In this document: piece by piece, positions 36,159 through 49,430 of the stretch
How the letters are laid out: every line of letters begins with the position of its first letter
Numbering within the stretch: the first letter of the stretch is position 1
Assembly (NCBI GenBank): GCA_032718475.1
Contig: JAUCBJ010005165.1
Location: 12,075 to 76,074 of the forward strand
DNA length: 64,000 nt
Direction of reading: 5' to 3'
DNA from: Nemertoderma westbladi
Lineage: Eukaryota; Animalia; Xenacoelomorpha
Position numbers and translations under genes: made by a program
Notes under the pieces: model-generated
Databases searched by the model: none
What the model was told of the DNA's origin: nothing
Seen by the model: only the letters and a program-made list of their open reading frames with translations

Positions 36159-36539
36159 GTAAGGAAAACAAATATATGTTTATATGAAAAAAACAAATCA
36201 AAAACAAAACATATCAAATTAATAATCTCCTAATATGTTATCTATATAGCTTTTTTGGAATGCTCAAATTTTTCACTGTCCATCAGTATGTCTCCAAAAA
36301 AATAGAACCTACTATCTGACATATTATCATACTATCTGACACCATCCTATTCCACATTCTACATAACAGCCTGCAAGCCAATGCATTTCAAAATGTTCAA
36401 AATGCATTCAAATTGTTCACAATTATAATGCTTTTACTCATGTATATGTGGGTTTAATAAAAACGCTTATAAATTAATTTACAAGACCAATCAATATGCA
36501 CTAAAGTTTGGAATGCTGATTCAAATATAAGACAGTTAT

Positions 36540-37210
36540 TGAGTTACTGTAAATGGCCCCACATAAGCATTAACTTTTCAAATATCATTAGGTGTAGTGA
36601 TACGAACGCCCAGTAGTGACTTTACTGCTTTCATATACAATGTTTCAATCACCTTGAAATCTCTGGTCAGCCACGACTCGCACCCATAGACTAACACAGC
36701 TGATAAGCAAGAGTGGAATACTTTCAATTTCAGGTGAAAGGGCATAGTACTGTTAACTGCACAAAATATGATAAATTTATTCACAGCGTCGTTACACCTA
36801 CTAACATGTAAATTTAAAATGGAGGACATTGCACCACTCTCGCAAAAAGGCGACCCTAGATACACATAACTGTAACAATGGTCTACAACAATATTTTTAT
36901 ACGACATCGGGAGTTTATCCGAATAGCTGCCATTTATTACCAAAAACCTTGTCTTTTTTGTATTTATTACCATACCGTATTCTGTACAGAAGTCCACAAG
37001 CACTCGAAATTTTGATTCGCAAGTAGCACGAGAGGTTGAAAGGATTACGGAATCGTCCATCAGTAATAGGATTTGTATAACACCCAGAAAACCATCAGTT
37101 TGAAAAGCATTTCTTAAATTCAGCACAAGTTGATTTAAATATACACAAAACAGGATGACTGACGAAGGGGCCCCTTGTTTTACTCCTAAACACGAGATTA
37201 TTATAGCGTC
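36540..37210 (-). mobile_element. LINE reverse transcriptase fragment
   Basis: GVKQGAPSSVILF, LLLMDDSVILS, INTKKT, YVYLGS, LVYGCESW. Confidence 0.85.
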
Positions 37211-37254
37211 ACGCAATATATATTTTGTACACGTATACATGGATTTGATTGATT

Positions 37255-38100
37255 TCATCTACAAGGTCAAGTGAGCTCAGGCAGTAGAAACGAGGTCTTC
37301 CCAATGCTACCTGATTCTCCATGGTTGTTACAATTTCGTTTCTGCCAAGTTCTGTATCCTTTTCAAGTAGGTCTATATATTTGTACAGCCAATCGACCAT
37401 GGCAAAACCTGCTGTCCTTGTTTCAGTTGCAAATAAAGTAGTTCTGGTATGACCTCATCTATACTTCTCCAGCAGCACCCACTGAATCTTAATCGGCATT
37501 CACATACTTGATACTGGTGGAATTGTACTATAAAGCTTTGATACGCATTGTCTCCAGTTAATGTTTAGTTCTCCCTTAGTTGTCTTTTGTAAAAACCATA
37601 AATTGGTTGGTTGTTCACAAGGTAAAAACCATAAATTGGTGGTTGTTCAAGAGTTTTTGTCTGTACTCAGGTCTCAAGATGACAGAAGTCATCCGCATGC
37701 TCAAGCATATCATCCTTTAAGCTTATGCTCATCCGGTCAGAGACTTGCTGAGGACTTGAAAATTTAACTGTCAAAATTGTGGTCTTCTTGGAATTAATAA
37801 AAATACCAACACTAGAAGCAGCCTGTTCTAATGAGCTGAGGAGCCGTTGGGATCCCTCCAGTGATTCTGAGAGTAGGCCCTACTCCTGAGTCATATAGAT
37901 ATAAAAGTTTTAGATCATTTAGGTATTTGACTGGATTTCCTCAACTTAATCTGGAGCCAATAGGTGGAGTTAACATACCCCATCATCATTATGATGATAT
38001 AAGTGTGAAGCTAATAGTCAACCACAATTATGGATCAAAATGGTGTAAGTGTGTCACCATGGAGGACTCCCAATATTACTTAAATTGATCTGTGTCATCA
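37255..38100 (-). mobile_element. Internally deleted RTE copy of the same family as 1-1845
   Basis: LEKDTELGRNEIVTTMEN matches LERDTELGRNEIATTMEN at ~1730-1780; nucleotide similarity runs to the 3' end. Confidence 0.7.
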
Positions 38101-38499
38101 TCAACAATAGACACAAAATGTCATTGAACCATTGTATAATGTACTGATTTGATTGCTGCAATAATTTCATCAAGGAATGCTATACAATACAATGAAATTA
38201 TGCTGAACATAGGCCTAATATAGTAATAAGCACTACTCGGAATATATCTGTATACCACCATACCAGTATTAAATTTTTTCGGTATTAATAATTCAGTACA
38301 TGAAGCAGTATGGTACTGTAAAGCAGGATTGTCTAACTATGGTCCCTGAAACTGGATAGCGGCCCAAACCAAATCTAGTTGTTCAGTACAGTACAGTATA
38401 TGTATGCCTAACTACATAACTAATAGTCTTATTACATTATAATCTGATAGTAGCCTACCGGGAAGCACCTACCTACAAACCTATACCAGAATCAGCAGA

Positions 38500-40520
38500 A
38501 TGTCAGATACTCCTACAGGTTCTAAGTCATTTGTGTGGTGACATTTCGTGATAGATGTACAAGATGAAGACAATTCCATTGCGGTTTGTCAACTAATGTG
38601 AGGAAGGTAACACATCAGTCGCGGCAAGAAAGACAAAATATTCACTATCATATTCAATGCACCCACTGGACCTGCAAATCAAGGAAGGTCATGGCAAATA
38701 ACAATAGAGGGAAGTTACCAAGCTGTAAAATTGTTCTGACATCAATGACAGAGCTCAACGATTACCTGGAAAATTACGAAAATGATAGCACTTGATAATC
38801 AACCAATAAGTATGATTGAGGAACAGGGATTCATTGACCGTATTTCTCACTCGGAACACAGATACTTGATTCCATCTCTGCATTACTTTGCTGAAACGCC
38901 TCTTCCAATTCTATTCAAAAAGTTTGGTCTTCCATATATTCTAAAATAGGCAAATTGCCTAACATGTCAATTACCAGTGACATAGGGATGGAGTTCACAG
39001 AAGATAGGTTATATATCGCTGTCAGGCTATTAGATAAATAATGACTGGCAACATTGTAGTGTAGTGTTAAATACAAGACACTCCCCATGAAATCATACTA
39101 GCACTTAAACAAACCATTTATAGTTTGGTAGCAAACCATGCTTAGTAGTGATTAGTGTGACTTGTTGGTTCGGGATGCAGCAACCAATATTGTTTTGGCT
39201 TCTGAAATAGCCAAGTTAGATAGTGTGCAGTGTTTCCATCATAGACTACTGCTTGTTGTCAAGGATACCATTAATTTTCAAAGAAATGATTCTGACAAGA
39301 TGCGAAATGGAGGTCCATAACTAACCATTTCAATCATTTTTCATGTTGTTCTAGCACATTGAAGGCCATTCAAAGATTTAATAATTTAAATTATTAAATT
39401 TAAAAATTATAATATTATTATTTTATTATTTTAATTTTATTTATCATTAAAATTATAATTTAAAATTATAAAAATATAATAATCCCATTCTCACCGCCAA
39501 TGATGTTCTAACAACATGGAACAGTACTTACTTAATGTATTTATAAGCTGAAGCAACACATTTCCATATATTCTAGTGAGGTGGATATTGCAGTTCTGAG
39601 GTTTCTGTTAACAGTGACCAAGCAAGGGCGGGGGGGGGGGGGGATTCATGGATTGATCCCCTAACTATGATTTGCATCTTGTCAATAAGGGGGGGGGGGG
39701 GGGGCTTATTGACAAGATGCAAATCATAGTTATAGAAAACAGAACATCATCATCATCACCAGCAATTTTCCTTTTGCCTCATTGATAGGCCATAGACATC
39801 ATATTCAATGTGTGATAGCCAAAGCGAGTATGGCCTAGTAAATGGAATCTACAGTCCTCATTTTATCTATTGATGCATTATTTTGATTTATGTATATTAT
39901 TACGAGTAACTACTCTAAACTGGGGATGACAATAATAATATTATTTATATTATATTTAATTAAATTAAATAATATATTACTGTGATATATATTTTCTCAT
40001 AAATTGTGATGCCATGTATACACACACACGTATGTCCATGTCACTTCTCCCAGCAGTCCCAGGTTTGTCAAAACTACTGCCCCCCCCCCCCCCCCCCCTT
40101 ATCTTCCCCCCTTATTGACTAGGAGAGACGTCATTATGAACAAAAAGCCCCTGTGTATTAATACATACCGTAGATAAATACATTAAATGTTAAAAAACCT
40201 AAAAAAAAGTTTGCCAAATCCCCCCCCCTCTGGCTACACCAATATCTGTTAACTTGAGTCATTTTGTTTACTGCAGCCATTCTTCAAAATAACCGTGTAT
40301 GTTAGCTCTGGCAATCCAATTGTTGCTACGGTGATACTGGTCATGACTGCTCTTATTCTTTACTTATCTACATCACATAGAGAGAGTGACAGTAGGGTAC
40401 AATCATTGAAATCCATTTTCAAGCGCAGACTAGGGCACCAGTTCTGGAATGAAACTAATGATATTAACAAATCCTCCCTTTACTGTATAAGTACATTTCT
40501 GGACCAGTATATCTGCAAGA
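38500..40520 (+). mobile_element. hAT (BED-finger) transposase relic, interrupted at ~39600-40250
   Basis: SKSFVW*HF...ICGLC, DNQPISMIEEQGF, SITSDI, VRDAATNI, CFHHRLLLVV, DVLTTWNSTYLM, then PFFKITVYVS and LYCISTFLD. Confidence 0.7.
39662..39732. repeat. Perfect 28-bp inverted repeat around a G15 loop
   Basis: taactatgatttgcatcttgtcaataag - G15 - cttattgacaagatgcaaatcatagtta. Confidence 0.95.
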
Positions 40521-40948
40521 CTCCTGTCAGACACCATTCCCTCCATGCAGACCTCCCCAGTGAATGGATAGTCTTGCCTAGATAGCACAACTGCTAATTC
40601 AATTCTCATTCCTGAAATTATTTTCCGGGTACTGAACATTGATGCAGATTGGGTGCCATATTCTAGCCAGAAGCTGGCTCTCCAAGGGCAGTAGGCCTAT
40701 TGCTACATTGCCAAACAAGCAGCCTGACTGACTAATAAGAACCGGTACTGGTATATTTCCATACTGCATTATTTAATTTGACTGACAGAAGATTCTAGAT
40801 GTATGCAGTGGGAAATTGTAACCCAAATACACCTACATACCCGGATACCAGCATAGGCCTACTGAAAATATAGCTGTATGTCATATGTATATCATATAGG
40901 CCTACATGCTACATCAGTACAGAACAGACAGACAGAAGCTTCTCCTAT

Positions 40949-41701
40949 GGGTGTAAACTTTATGCCCATGCCCAAGACCCAAACCCATTACCAAAACCCA
41001 TGCCCAAAACCCACGCCCAAAACCCATGCCCAAAACCCATGCCCAAAACCCACGCCCAAAACCCATGCTTATGTTTATAAAACCATGCTTATTACATGGT
41101 ATTATTTATTACAAAATCCATGTTTATTGTTCATATGGTTGTGAACTCAGAATAGCACGTACAATAACAGAAATAGCTGCTTATTGACGATCTTATTGGC
41201 GATCAAGATTACAGATATAGGGGGGGCTATCTGTTAGACATTAGGCCTACAATTACACCGTGTCCGGCAACCATCCTAAGGCCCACCAAGCACCAGTACC
41301 ACTAACAGTTCATGTGTTTCCAGTTTCTATCCATAGAAAAAGTTATTTTGTTTAGTGACAGTGTATTTACAAGGTAGATTGGAAGAAAAAGGATGCTGGG
41401 CTTCCAATTATGGATTCTGAGAAACACACCAACCCACACACCCACTTTTAGAAAACGGCCATAGTATAATTATATAAGCTCACTGATGGCACGCAGTTTT
41501 GACTCGCCCCACATAACAGTACAGCAGTACAAACTACCTGGCCTTCTACTTCTAGGCCTCCAGTTATTTTATAGCCATAAAATATAAGCTAAAACTTGGA
41601 CTAAGCTTTGGGAATGGGTTTTGGGCATGTGTTTTGGGCATGGGTTTTGTGCATGGGATTTGGGCATGGGTATGGGTTTTGGGTATGGAACGTTTACACC
41701 C
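40949..41701. mobile_element. Mutator-type MITE (753 bp)
   Basis: TIR GGGTGTAAAC...GTTTACACCC with subterminal (aaacccatgccc)n arrays in inverted orientation. 9-bp TSD ttctcctat (40940-48) / ttctcctct (41702-10). Confidence 0.85.
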
Positions 41702-42264
41702 TTCTCCTCTGGAGTTTACCCGTGGACAATGGTACAATGCTGATTTTGGTAGACAATTACATTAGTCTAGACCTACATATGTGTATATATATGCACAGCA
41801 CATACATGACAGGCATACCTCTAGCCATCCAGTAGTGCAGAATCAGTAATTTGTAGTACCAGAATACTGGTTCTGGTGCCATACACTCCACTGACTGGAA
41901 TTTCTAGTGAACAAGGAATCAGCTGATCAATCGGAAGGAAGTAGGTAGGGGTAGTTTTTATGGTACCCACCAATGGTTTGGTGCCCCTATAGCCCGCCCA
42001 CAGAGCCAAGATGGCTCTGTGTGTAGTACATTGAGTATCTACTGATTGAAGTAGGATATATAGGGGATATTACATACTATTGCAATTTTAAATTTGGCAG
42101 TGTTTTTGTGGCACTCTTGGGCAGTTGATTTTGGCATTATTTTTATTTTATACTAAATATTTTTTTATTAAAAAATATGTGGAACTGGTGGGCCACACAT
42201 ACATAGTATTCAATACAATACAATACCATACATAGTATACAATGCTTGATAAGTAAATAATATG

Positions 42265-42330
42265 GAAAATAAATTGTTTCGTTTCATTGTAATGCATGTT
42301 TACAGACATAGATGAATGTTCTGGAAATAT
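42265..42330 (+). pseudogene. Truncated third copy of the exon 6/9 acceptor plus the first 25 nt of the exon
   Basis: aaattgtttc..cattgtaatgcatgtttacag|acatagatgaatgttctggaaatat, then unrelated sequence. Confidence 0.85.
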
Positions 42331-42859
42331 AATATATAATAGTGAAGTTACATCATTGTACTTAGATGCAACTGAGCTTATAAAACTCCTACATCAGTAC
42401 ATAGGCCTACCTATTTTACCATTCAGGCTATTAATTTCTGCCTATAGGCCAACAAAGAGGCCTACCACCGCTACCAGTAGTCAGTACCGGTACCAAACTG
42501 TAAACTGGCTCCCAAACTAGCCAGATCCACCCTACAGCCCTAACTTACAACCTACCTCGATTGGAATAGGCCTACTTTACTACACCAGGCTAGCATTCCT
42601 CACAATTATAGGCCTACTGACCACAAGGCCCATGTAAACCGATTTGCTTATCCATTCCCTGATTCCACCTGTCGAATTTCGGAATTTATTTTACAAAGGC
42701 CTTACTATGGACTGTTTTTTATATTTTCTTATCTAGAACCAGTGAAGTGTTCCACCAGGTTCAAAGCTTTATAAACCTATCAAAATATCACTCAAACCGC
42801 CAAAACAGTGGCATCTGACTGAGAGTGAAAAGTAATTTCCTCCTTTAATAATTGGCGTC

Positions 42860-43328
42860 AGAATATTTTATATCAATTGTCAACTTCTGACGAGTTTGCA
42901 CAATTTTTCGATGCTATATGGCTGAACACGAATGACGATGAACAATATCGTGGACTTACAGACGATGCTCAACCAGGCCTACCAGGAGCTGGTCCAGTCC
43001 ATAAAAGAGCCCAGAAAAAGGTGCAACTAGAGAGAATGCTTGGCTATATTGTATCGTATATCTGCAACTTGCAAATTTGTGATCAGTTACATCATACCGT
43101 AAGAGTCAGTAAAAGTGCTGCAGTCAGACAGTGGATGATGCTGGTGCGCTCAACCAGGCCTACCACGAGCTGGTCCAGTCCATAAAAGAGCCCAGAAAAA
43201 GGTGCAACTAGAGAGAATGCTTGGCTATATTGTATCGTATATCTGCAACTTGCAAATTTGTGATCAGTTACATCATACCGTAAGAGTCAGTAAAAGTGCT
43301 GCAGTCAGACAGTGGATGATGCTGGTGC
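42860..43328 (+). mobile_element. LTR-retrotransposon gag-like N-terminal fragment with a 181-bp tandem duplication (42967-43147 / 43148-43328)
   Basis: FAQFFDAIW..YRGLTDD..AQKKVQLERMLGYI resembles invertebrate LTR polyprotein starts (recalled, not searched). The duplication is seen directly. Confidence 0.5.
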
Positions 43329-43948
43329 AGTAGTGCAGGCTACAACAGACCTAGGCCTAAATATTTCCAATACTACATACTGTTATGTACTCTTATGTTT
43401 GTCGGATTGATATCACCCAAAATAATTAAAATATGATGATTCAAAAATAATTAAAAACTTTGTTTATGGTTCCTTCCCAGGCCAGCAATGCAGCATTATT
43501 CCACTGGGTAAGAAAGAGAAAGCTAAGTTTTTCCAGTTAATTTGAATAGAATTCTGATTCTCTTAGCACTGTCAATCAACTAGCTATTTTGAATAAATGT
43601 TTCCTTGACATGGGAGTTTATAAAACCTGTTTTGGAAATGACATCCTTTATTGGAATTCATATAGCTGAGCCTTATTTTCAATAACATGACCAGCTGATA
43701 CAGTTATTCTAAACTGATTTCATCCTACCAGAAACTGTAATGATGACCTTATAACATGTGATGTTACCCAGTTATTTAAAACGGATAGATTAAGCATTAA
43801 TTAAGCATACAATTTGTATTTATGTATTTGTACTATATAGTCTCCAAATCGATGGCGGCTGATTAGGCTCAAAATGTAATATATTCCTTATCAATGTAAT
43901 TTAACATGAATAAAAAATATTGAAATTATGTTCAATATATGTTGAATA

Positions 43949-45000
43949 TTTATTCAATATGTACTGACTATCAATTGAATATGAATTCAAAAAGTGTTCA
44001 ATATTGCACATTTATTCAATATGTACTGACTATCAATTGAATATGAATTGAAAAAGTGTTCAATATTGCACATTTATTCAATATGTACTGACTATCAATT
44101 GAATATGAATTGAAAAAGTGTTCAATATTGCACATTTATTCAATATGTACTGACTATCAATTGAATATGAATTGAAAAAGTGTTCAATATTGCACAATTA
44201 TTCAATATGTACTGACTATCAATTGAATATGAATTGAAAAAGTGTTCAATATTGCACATTTACTCAATATGTACTGACTATCAATTGAATATGAATTGAA
44301 AAAGTGTTCAATATTGCACATTTACTCAATATGTACTGACTATCAATTGAATATGAATTGAAAAAGTGTTCAATATTGCACATTTATTCAATATGTACTG
44401 ACTATCAATTGAATATGAATTGAAAAAGTGTTCAATATTGCACAATTATTCAATATGTACTGACTATCAATTGAATATGAATTGAAAAAGTGTTCAATAT
44501 TGCACAATTATTCAATATGTACTGACTATCAATTGAATATGAATTGAAAAAGTGTTCAATATTGCACATTTACTCAATATGTACTGACTATCAATTGAAT
44601 ATGAATTGAAAAAGTGTTCAATATTGCACATTTATTCAATATGTACTGACTATCAATTGAATATGAATTGAAAAAGTGTTCAATATTGCACAATTATTCA
44701 ATATGTACTGACTATCAATTGAATATGAATTGAAAAAGTGTTCAATATTGCACATTTACTCAATATGTACTGACTATCAATTGAATATGAATTGAAAAAG
44801 TGTTCAATATTGCACATTTATTCAATATGTACTGACTATCAATTGAATATGAATTGAAAAAGTGTTCAATATTGCACAATTATTCAATATGTACTGACTA
44901 TCAATTGAATATGAATTGAAAAAGTGTTCAATATTGCACATTTACTCAATATGTACTGACTATCAATTGAATATGAATTGAAAAAGTGTTCAATATATTG
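43949..45000. repeat. 62-bp tandem satellite, 17 copies
   Basis: Unit tttattcaatatgtactgactatcaattgaatatgaattgaaaaagtgttcaatattgcaca; first start 43949, last start 44941. Confidence 0.95.
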
Positions 45001-45329
45001 CGCAATTATTCAATATGTATTTATTCAGTATGGAATGAAAAAGTATTCAATTTGATTGTTTATTTAATCTATATATATAGTGTAGTTGCTCATTGTGTAT
45101 TGCGTATTTATTCAATTCAAATTGAAAACGTTTTCATGTGGGATCACATTCAGGTTCGCCAGCCTATTAATGTGATAGTAGCAGTCTCGGTTGAGAGGGC
45201 AGTTTCATGGCCTACTATATTTTTATTTCTTTCTTTTGATTCAGATAAACTGACAATAAAAACAATTATTTTAAAATTTAATTAAAAAATTATAAAATAT
45301 TTCTTGACATAACGGTACATCAGAACCGA

Positions 45330-46870
45330 TTCGATCTGTGGCAGCGGGTGCACAGCTACAGCTGCTTTGCTCATGTACCTGCTGAGTGCTGAGGACCCCT
45401 TTAACGTGAGCAGCCATTGGCTCAGCTAGCTGCCAGACTGGCTGTTGTTAGACTGGTGAAGGTCATATTGAGCGCTATGTTGGGGCACTCATTGTGGTGC
45501 GCTAGCATACCCACAACCAGCCGAAAGGCCTCCTGGGAGTTCGGTCTTGCCTTGCCTGGGAGGTCTGGCCAAATGGTATAGCATGACATTCCCAATGTAG
45601 ATGCCGACATTCAGTAAACTGCGGATGGCATTTTGATAGACAATAGCCAATTTGTTGCGATCGATTTGGTTGAGGGAACCGATGATGTCGAGTTTCATTG
45701 CATACAGTATTGACGGTAGGGCCATGCTGCTCCACAACTTAAATACTGCCGCCATTGGCAGCCACCTCGTTGACCAACCCTTGGCCTGGAATATCTGTGC
45801 CAGGGCCACAGGCGCCCAGGGGTTGGTCTGCGTCTGGGCCAGGTTATAGCCCAAGATGTTCCACAATTTACTCTCACCACCGAGGTGAAGGAAGATCGGT
45901 AGGTGAGAACAATTTTATTCCATTTGCACTGTTTTTAAAGATTTTGAATAATATTTCCATGTCCTTTGAGTTGTCAGTTATCAGTAGATAGTCATCAGCA
46001 TGATATGGCCCCCAACCAGACAGATTTAATATAGCAACCAGTGTTTGATACCTCGAGGTTGCACATGATGCTGCGTGTGTGTTAAACATTATTTGTGACA
46101 AAAGTGAACCATGTTTCATACTTCGTGTTACTAATAGTCCTTGGCAAATTATAAGACCATCAAATTTCAGATAGATGGTGCTTATCATAATATAGTATTG
46201 TAGAATAGTTGCTATGACATGTGGGTAAACGAACTCCAACATTTTCAAGCCTAGTATGTCATAGTCCATAGAATCATTCGCCGCTTCGATATCTAATTGA
46301 CAGATATACAAAGGGGATCTCTGGCAGAGTTTATATTCCAAATATTCTAAAATGATGGATATGGCGATGTTGCATTCAATTTTATTTCGATAGGAATCTT
46401 TAGCCCAGAAACTGATGGATGCTATAGGTCTATAAAAGCCGATCTTGTACAAGTCCCAATGTTTACCTTTATACAGACTGGTTATTACCGAATTACCAAA
46501 GAGCAGCGGGGCATGTTTCTTCTACTCCAGACATAAATTTAATACGCAGAATAGAAGGTCGCAAATGGGGTCCTTATGAATTAAATTGGGTTCATATGCA
46601 TCATGTGATCCAAAGTAAGGGATGCAAGGTCTGGGTAGAAAATGATATGACAACCCTTTTAATTGCCAGAAGATATATCTGTGGAACAGCCCAGCGATCT
46701 GCAGTTCAGTTTTTAGCATTTCGCTCAGCCCATTTTTCCCACTGAACTTAACAGTGTACTGGTTGCATAAATCCGATTCCATGTTTGGTGGGGCGCAGGT
46801 AGTGTTCTCACAGTTGACGTTATTCCAGAATTTAGGAGAATTGTAATTATATTCCCTGGTCCACCTTTCT
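45330..46870 (-). mobile_element. Degraded LINE reverse transcriptase
   Basis: FYRPIASIS, QLDIEAANDSMD, SMKHGSLLSQIMFN, YHADDYLLI, ILGYNL. Confidence 0.7.
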
Positions 46871-47079
46871 GCAGTGCCTATAATAATAACTATTTATTTG
46901 AAAATGGAAATATTTTAATATTGTTAAAATTTTTATTCATTTGTTAATATTTATTCGCACTTTAGAGGGAAAACATAAGAGTTAGTTAAATGGCTGAACA
47001 AAGTGAGGAAGGCAAAGTAGACTAGTACAGTTCTGATTTACTATGAATTGTAATGTTTAATTTAAGTTATAGTAATTTG

Positions 47080-47620
47080 TGAAGCCCATCCCTGGTGATG
47101 AGTGCTTGGTCTTGCTATAATAATTCTATGATTAATACCTTTTATCTCGACCATATACTTAGCCACATCACGGTTTTCTGATCCTTTATCCCCACCCGTG
47201 AAGGAATGTTGTGTCAACGTGGTGGCTTGAAATAACCTAAACACAGTATCATCGTGATTGTTGCTGCTACAGAATAAAAAGACAATTAATCTGGACAACC
47301 CATCTATTCCGTTGTGAATAATGAGTTTGCAACAAATAAGTGAATGGTGGCCATTGATATCCCACAATGCATTCGCCCTGCTTACTGCATAACGGCGTCT
47401 TTGAACCAGTGCCCCCCACCTTTGGGCAGATAATACAGGGTCTACGTCAGTTAATAGTGTATGCACTCAATGAAGAGTAACGGTAATGCCTCTATGGAGT
47501 TTAAAATGCCATGAACAAGGCGATATCCAGCATGTACATATTCTCTATGAATCCGTTTTATTAATACCTTTACCTTAATTAAGGCATTTTGCACCCACAC
47601 CAACGTCTTGACATGGTAAT
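47080..47620 (-). mobile_element. IS3EU-like transposase relic, second copy
   Basis: HAGYRLVHGIL, VDPVLSAQRWGALVQRRRYAVSRANALWDINGHHSLI..IHNGIDGLSRLI..SSNNH, GDKGSENRDVA. Confidence 0.75.
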
Positions 47621-47644
47621 CCTGACTCATCTGTACCTCCACAT

Positions 47645-47900
47645 CTACCTACCAGCGAGTATGTCTTTGTCCTTATGGATGCGCACCATGGTCCTTTACA
47701 GTGACCATATACTTATGGGCCATATAAAGTGGTTGAATAAGGACCCAAAACGTTTGTTGTCGAGGTGGGCAGTCGGCAAGAGACTATATCGATAGATAGA
47801 CTCAAACCCGCCCATCTCGCCATCGACCAACCAACCGACCAGTAGCACCAGCTGTTCTCCACATTGAGACCCCCCACTGTTCCTGCCACACAACGTGAAT
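47645..47900 (+). mobile_element. Gypsy integrase C-terminal (GPY/F) fragment
   Basis: EYVFVLMDAHHGPLQ*PYTYGPYKVV..GPKTFVVEVGSRQETISIDRLKPAHL. Confidence 0.75.
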
Positions 47901-48253
47901 CTCCCCTAGACACCAACACAAAATAATTACCATGTGAAGTGGCTATACAATTCAAAGCCCAAACTATTTTTTTTGACAACGGTTCTGTGGGAAGCTGTAT
48001 AGTGAGTGTCCTTATCCATGACTGCTGTGGAACCATTCATATAATATAACTTTTGCTTTCAGTTGTCTGTGTTGGTTAGGCCGGATAGCCTACCGTACCC
48101 TCACTGTCAGATTGTTTCTGCATATGCCTAATATTTCTGGTTCTTATTAAGCTATTGTTTAATTATTTTGTGATGTGAAGCACTCAACTGAGTGGGTCAT
48201 TCACTGCAGCACTACAGCATTTTATTTAAATATGTATATGTTATTTCATGCAG

Positions 48254-48385
48254 ATATTGATGAATGCTCAGTCGCAGTCGATAATTGTGATGATGTTTCT
48301 ACAACATGTCACAACCAACAAGGTGGATTCGCTTGTGATTGTATTACTGGATATACCCCAACAAGTCTACCCAATCAATGTGAAG
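48254..48385 (+). CDS. Exon 11, cbEGF 8 (paralog of exon 4); gene remains open at the 3' end
   Basis: DIDECSVAVDNCDDVSTTCHNQQGGFACDCITGYTPTSLPNQCE; tgcag| and |GTAATA; 132 nt, phase 1-1. Confidence 0.9.
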
Positions 48386-49430
48386 GTAATAAATTACACA
48401 ATCTAAGCATACCCTGTGTTTCACTTCCCATTAACTGTTTTCTTGGACAAAGGTCGGATTGATGACTCGACTAGTAGTAGTCATATTTGTTAAATCGAAC
48501 ATTATTTTCATCACATTGTTATATATTATTTGTGAAAGGCATTGAGAATATTCATAATTTTAAGGAATATTTGCAATCCCTTTATTTTCCTTTCCCTGTT
48601 TGCTATACCAAGGCGCAGGATTCAAAAACATAATACAACTTATTGCGAATAATATTAACCTCAGTAATTAATAAGATTTAATATACTTTGGTTAGAGTAA
48701 TTTACTGAATAAAATCACCAAAATATGGGTAAGCCAAGTTTTGAATAAAAATTTTTTTTAATAGCTCCTAAAAATACTCAATAGTATTTCCACTTCAAAA
48801 ACAACCAATAAAATACATAGTAAAAAAATAGGCCTGTGGTGTCAACTAGTACCGAAATAAAAAGTTACCCTAAAATTCAAGATCGACGAAACAGATCCTG
48901 TATTAAAAATACCTTACCAATTTCTGAAACTCCAATTTCATGGACTTGCAACCCACAGTATTGCGAAGTTTGTCCTCTTCCATTTAGCTAGTAATTCTAT
49001 ACTGTCAAATAACTTAGGAAAATGAAACGGAGGGTTAAGAATGCCATCATACAGTCGATTATAGCAGGTCAATTCTGTACCAAAATTGTTTAGCTTTGGA
49101 GCCAAAATTTAATACTAGCTAATGTTCTTTAAATATTACTAATTTTGAAACTTGTGGATGATTGACTCTCTGCAGTTTTTTTTTTAATTTCCACTATAGG
49201 CTTTATATGATTTTATTGGATGGGATTATGTGTTTTCAGTACGTACGCTGAATCGATTCGAACTATTTTATACAAAAAAATAAAGTCAAGGTAAAGTAAA
49301 ACATAACACTAGCTGGCAGTGCTAGCGCTCCATGAAAGAAGCTCTCCATCTTCAAGACGACTGTTCAACTGTCCACCACTTCGTTCAAGTTACACTCCAA
49401 ATAATGTATATACATCAGGTCAGGTCAGGT

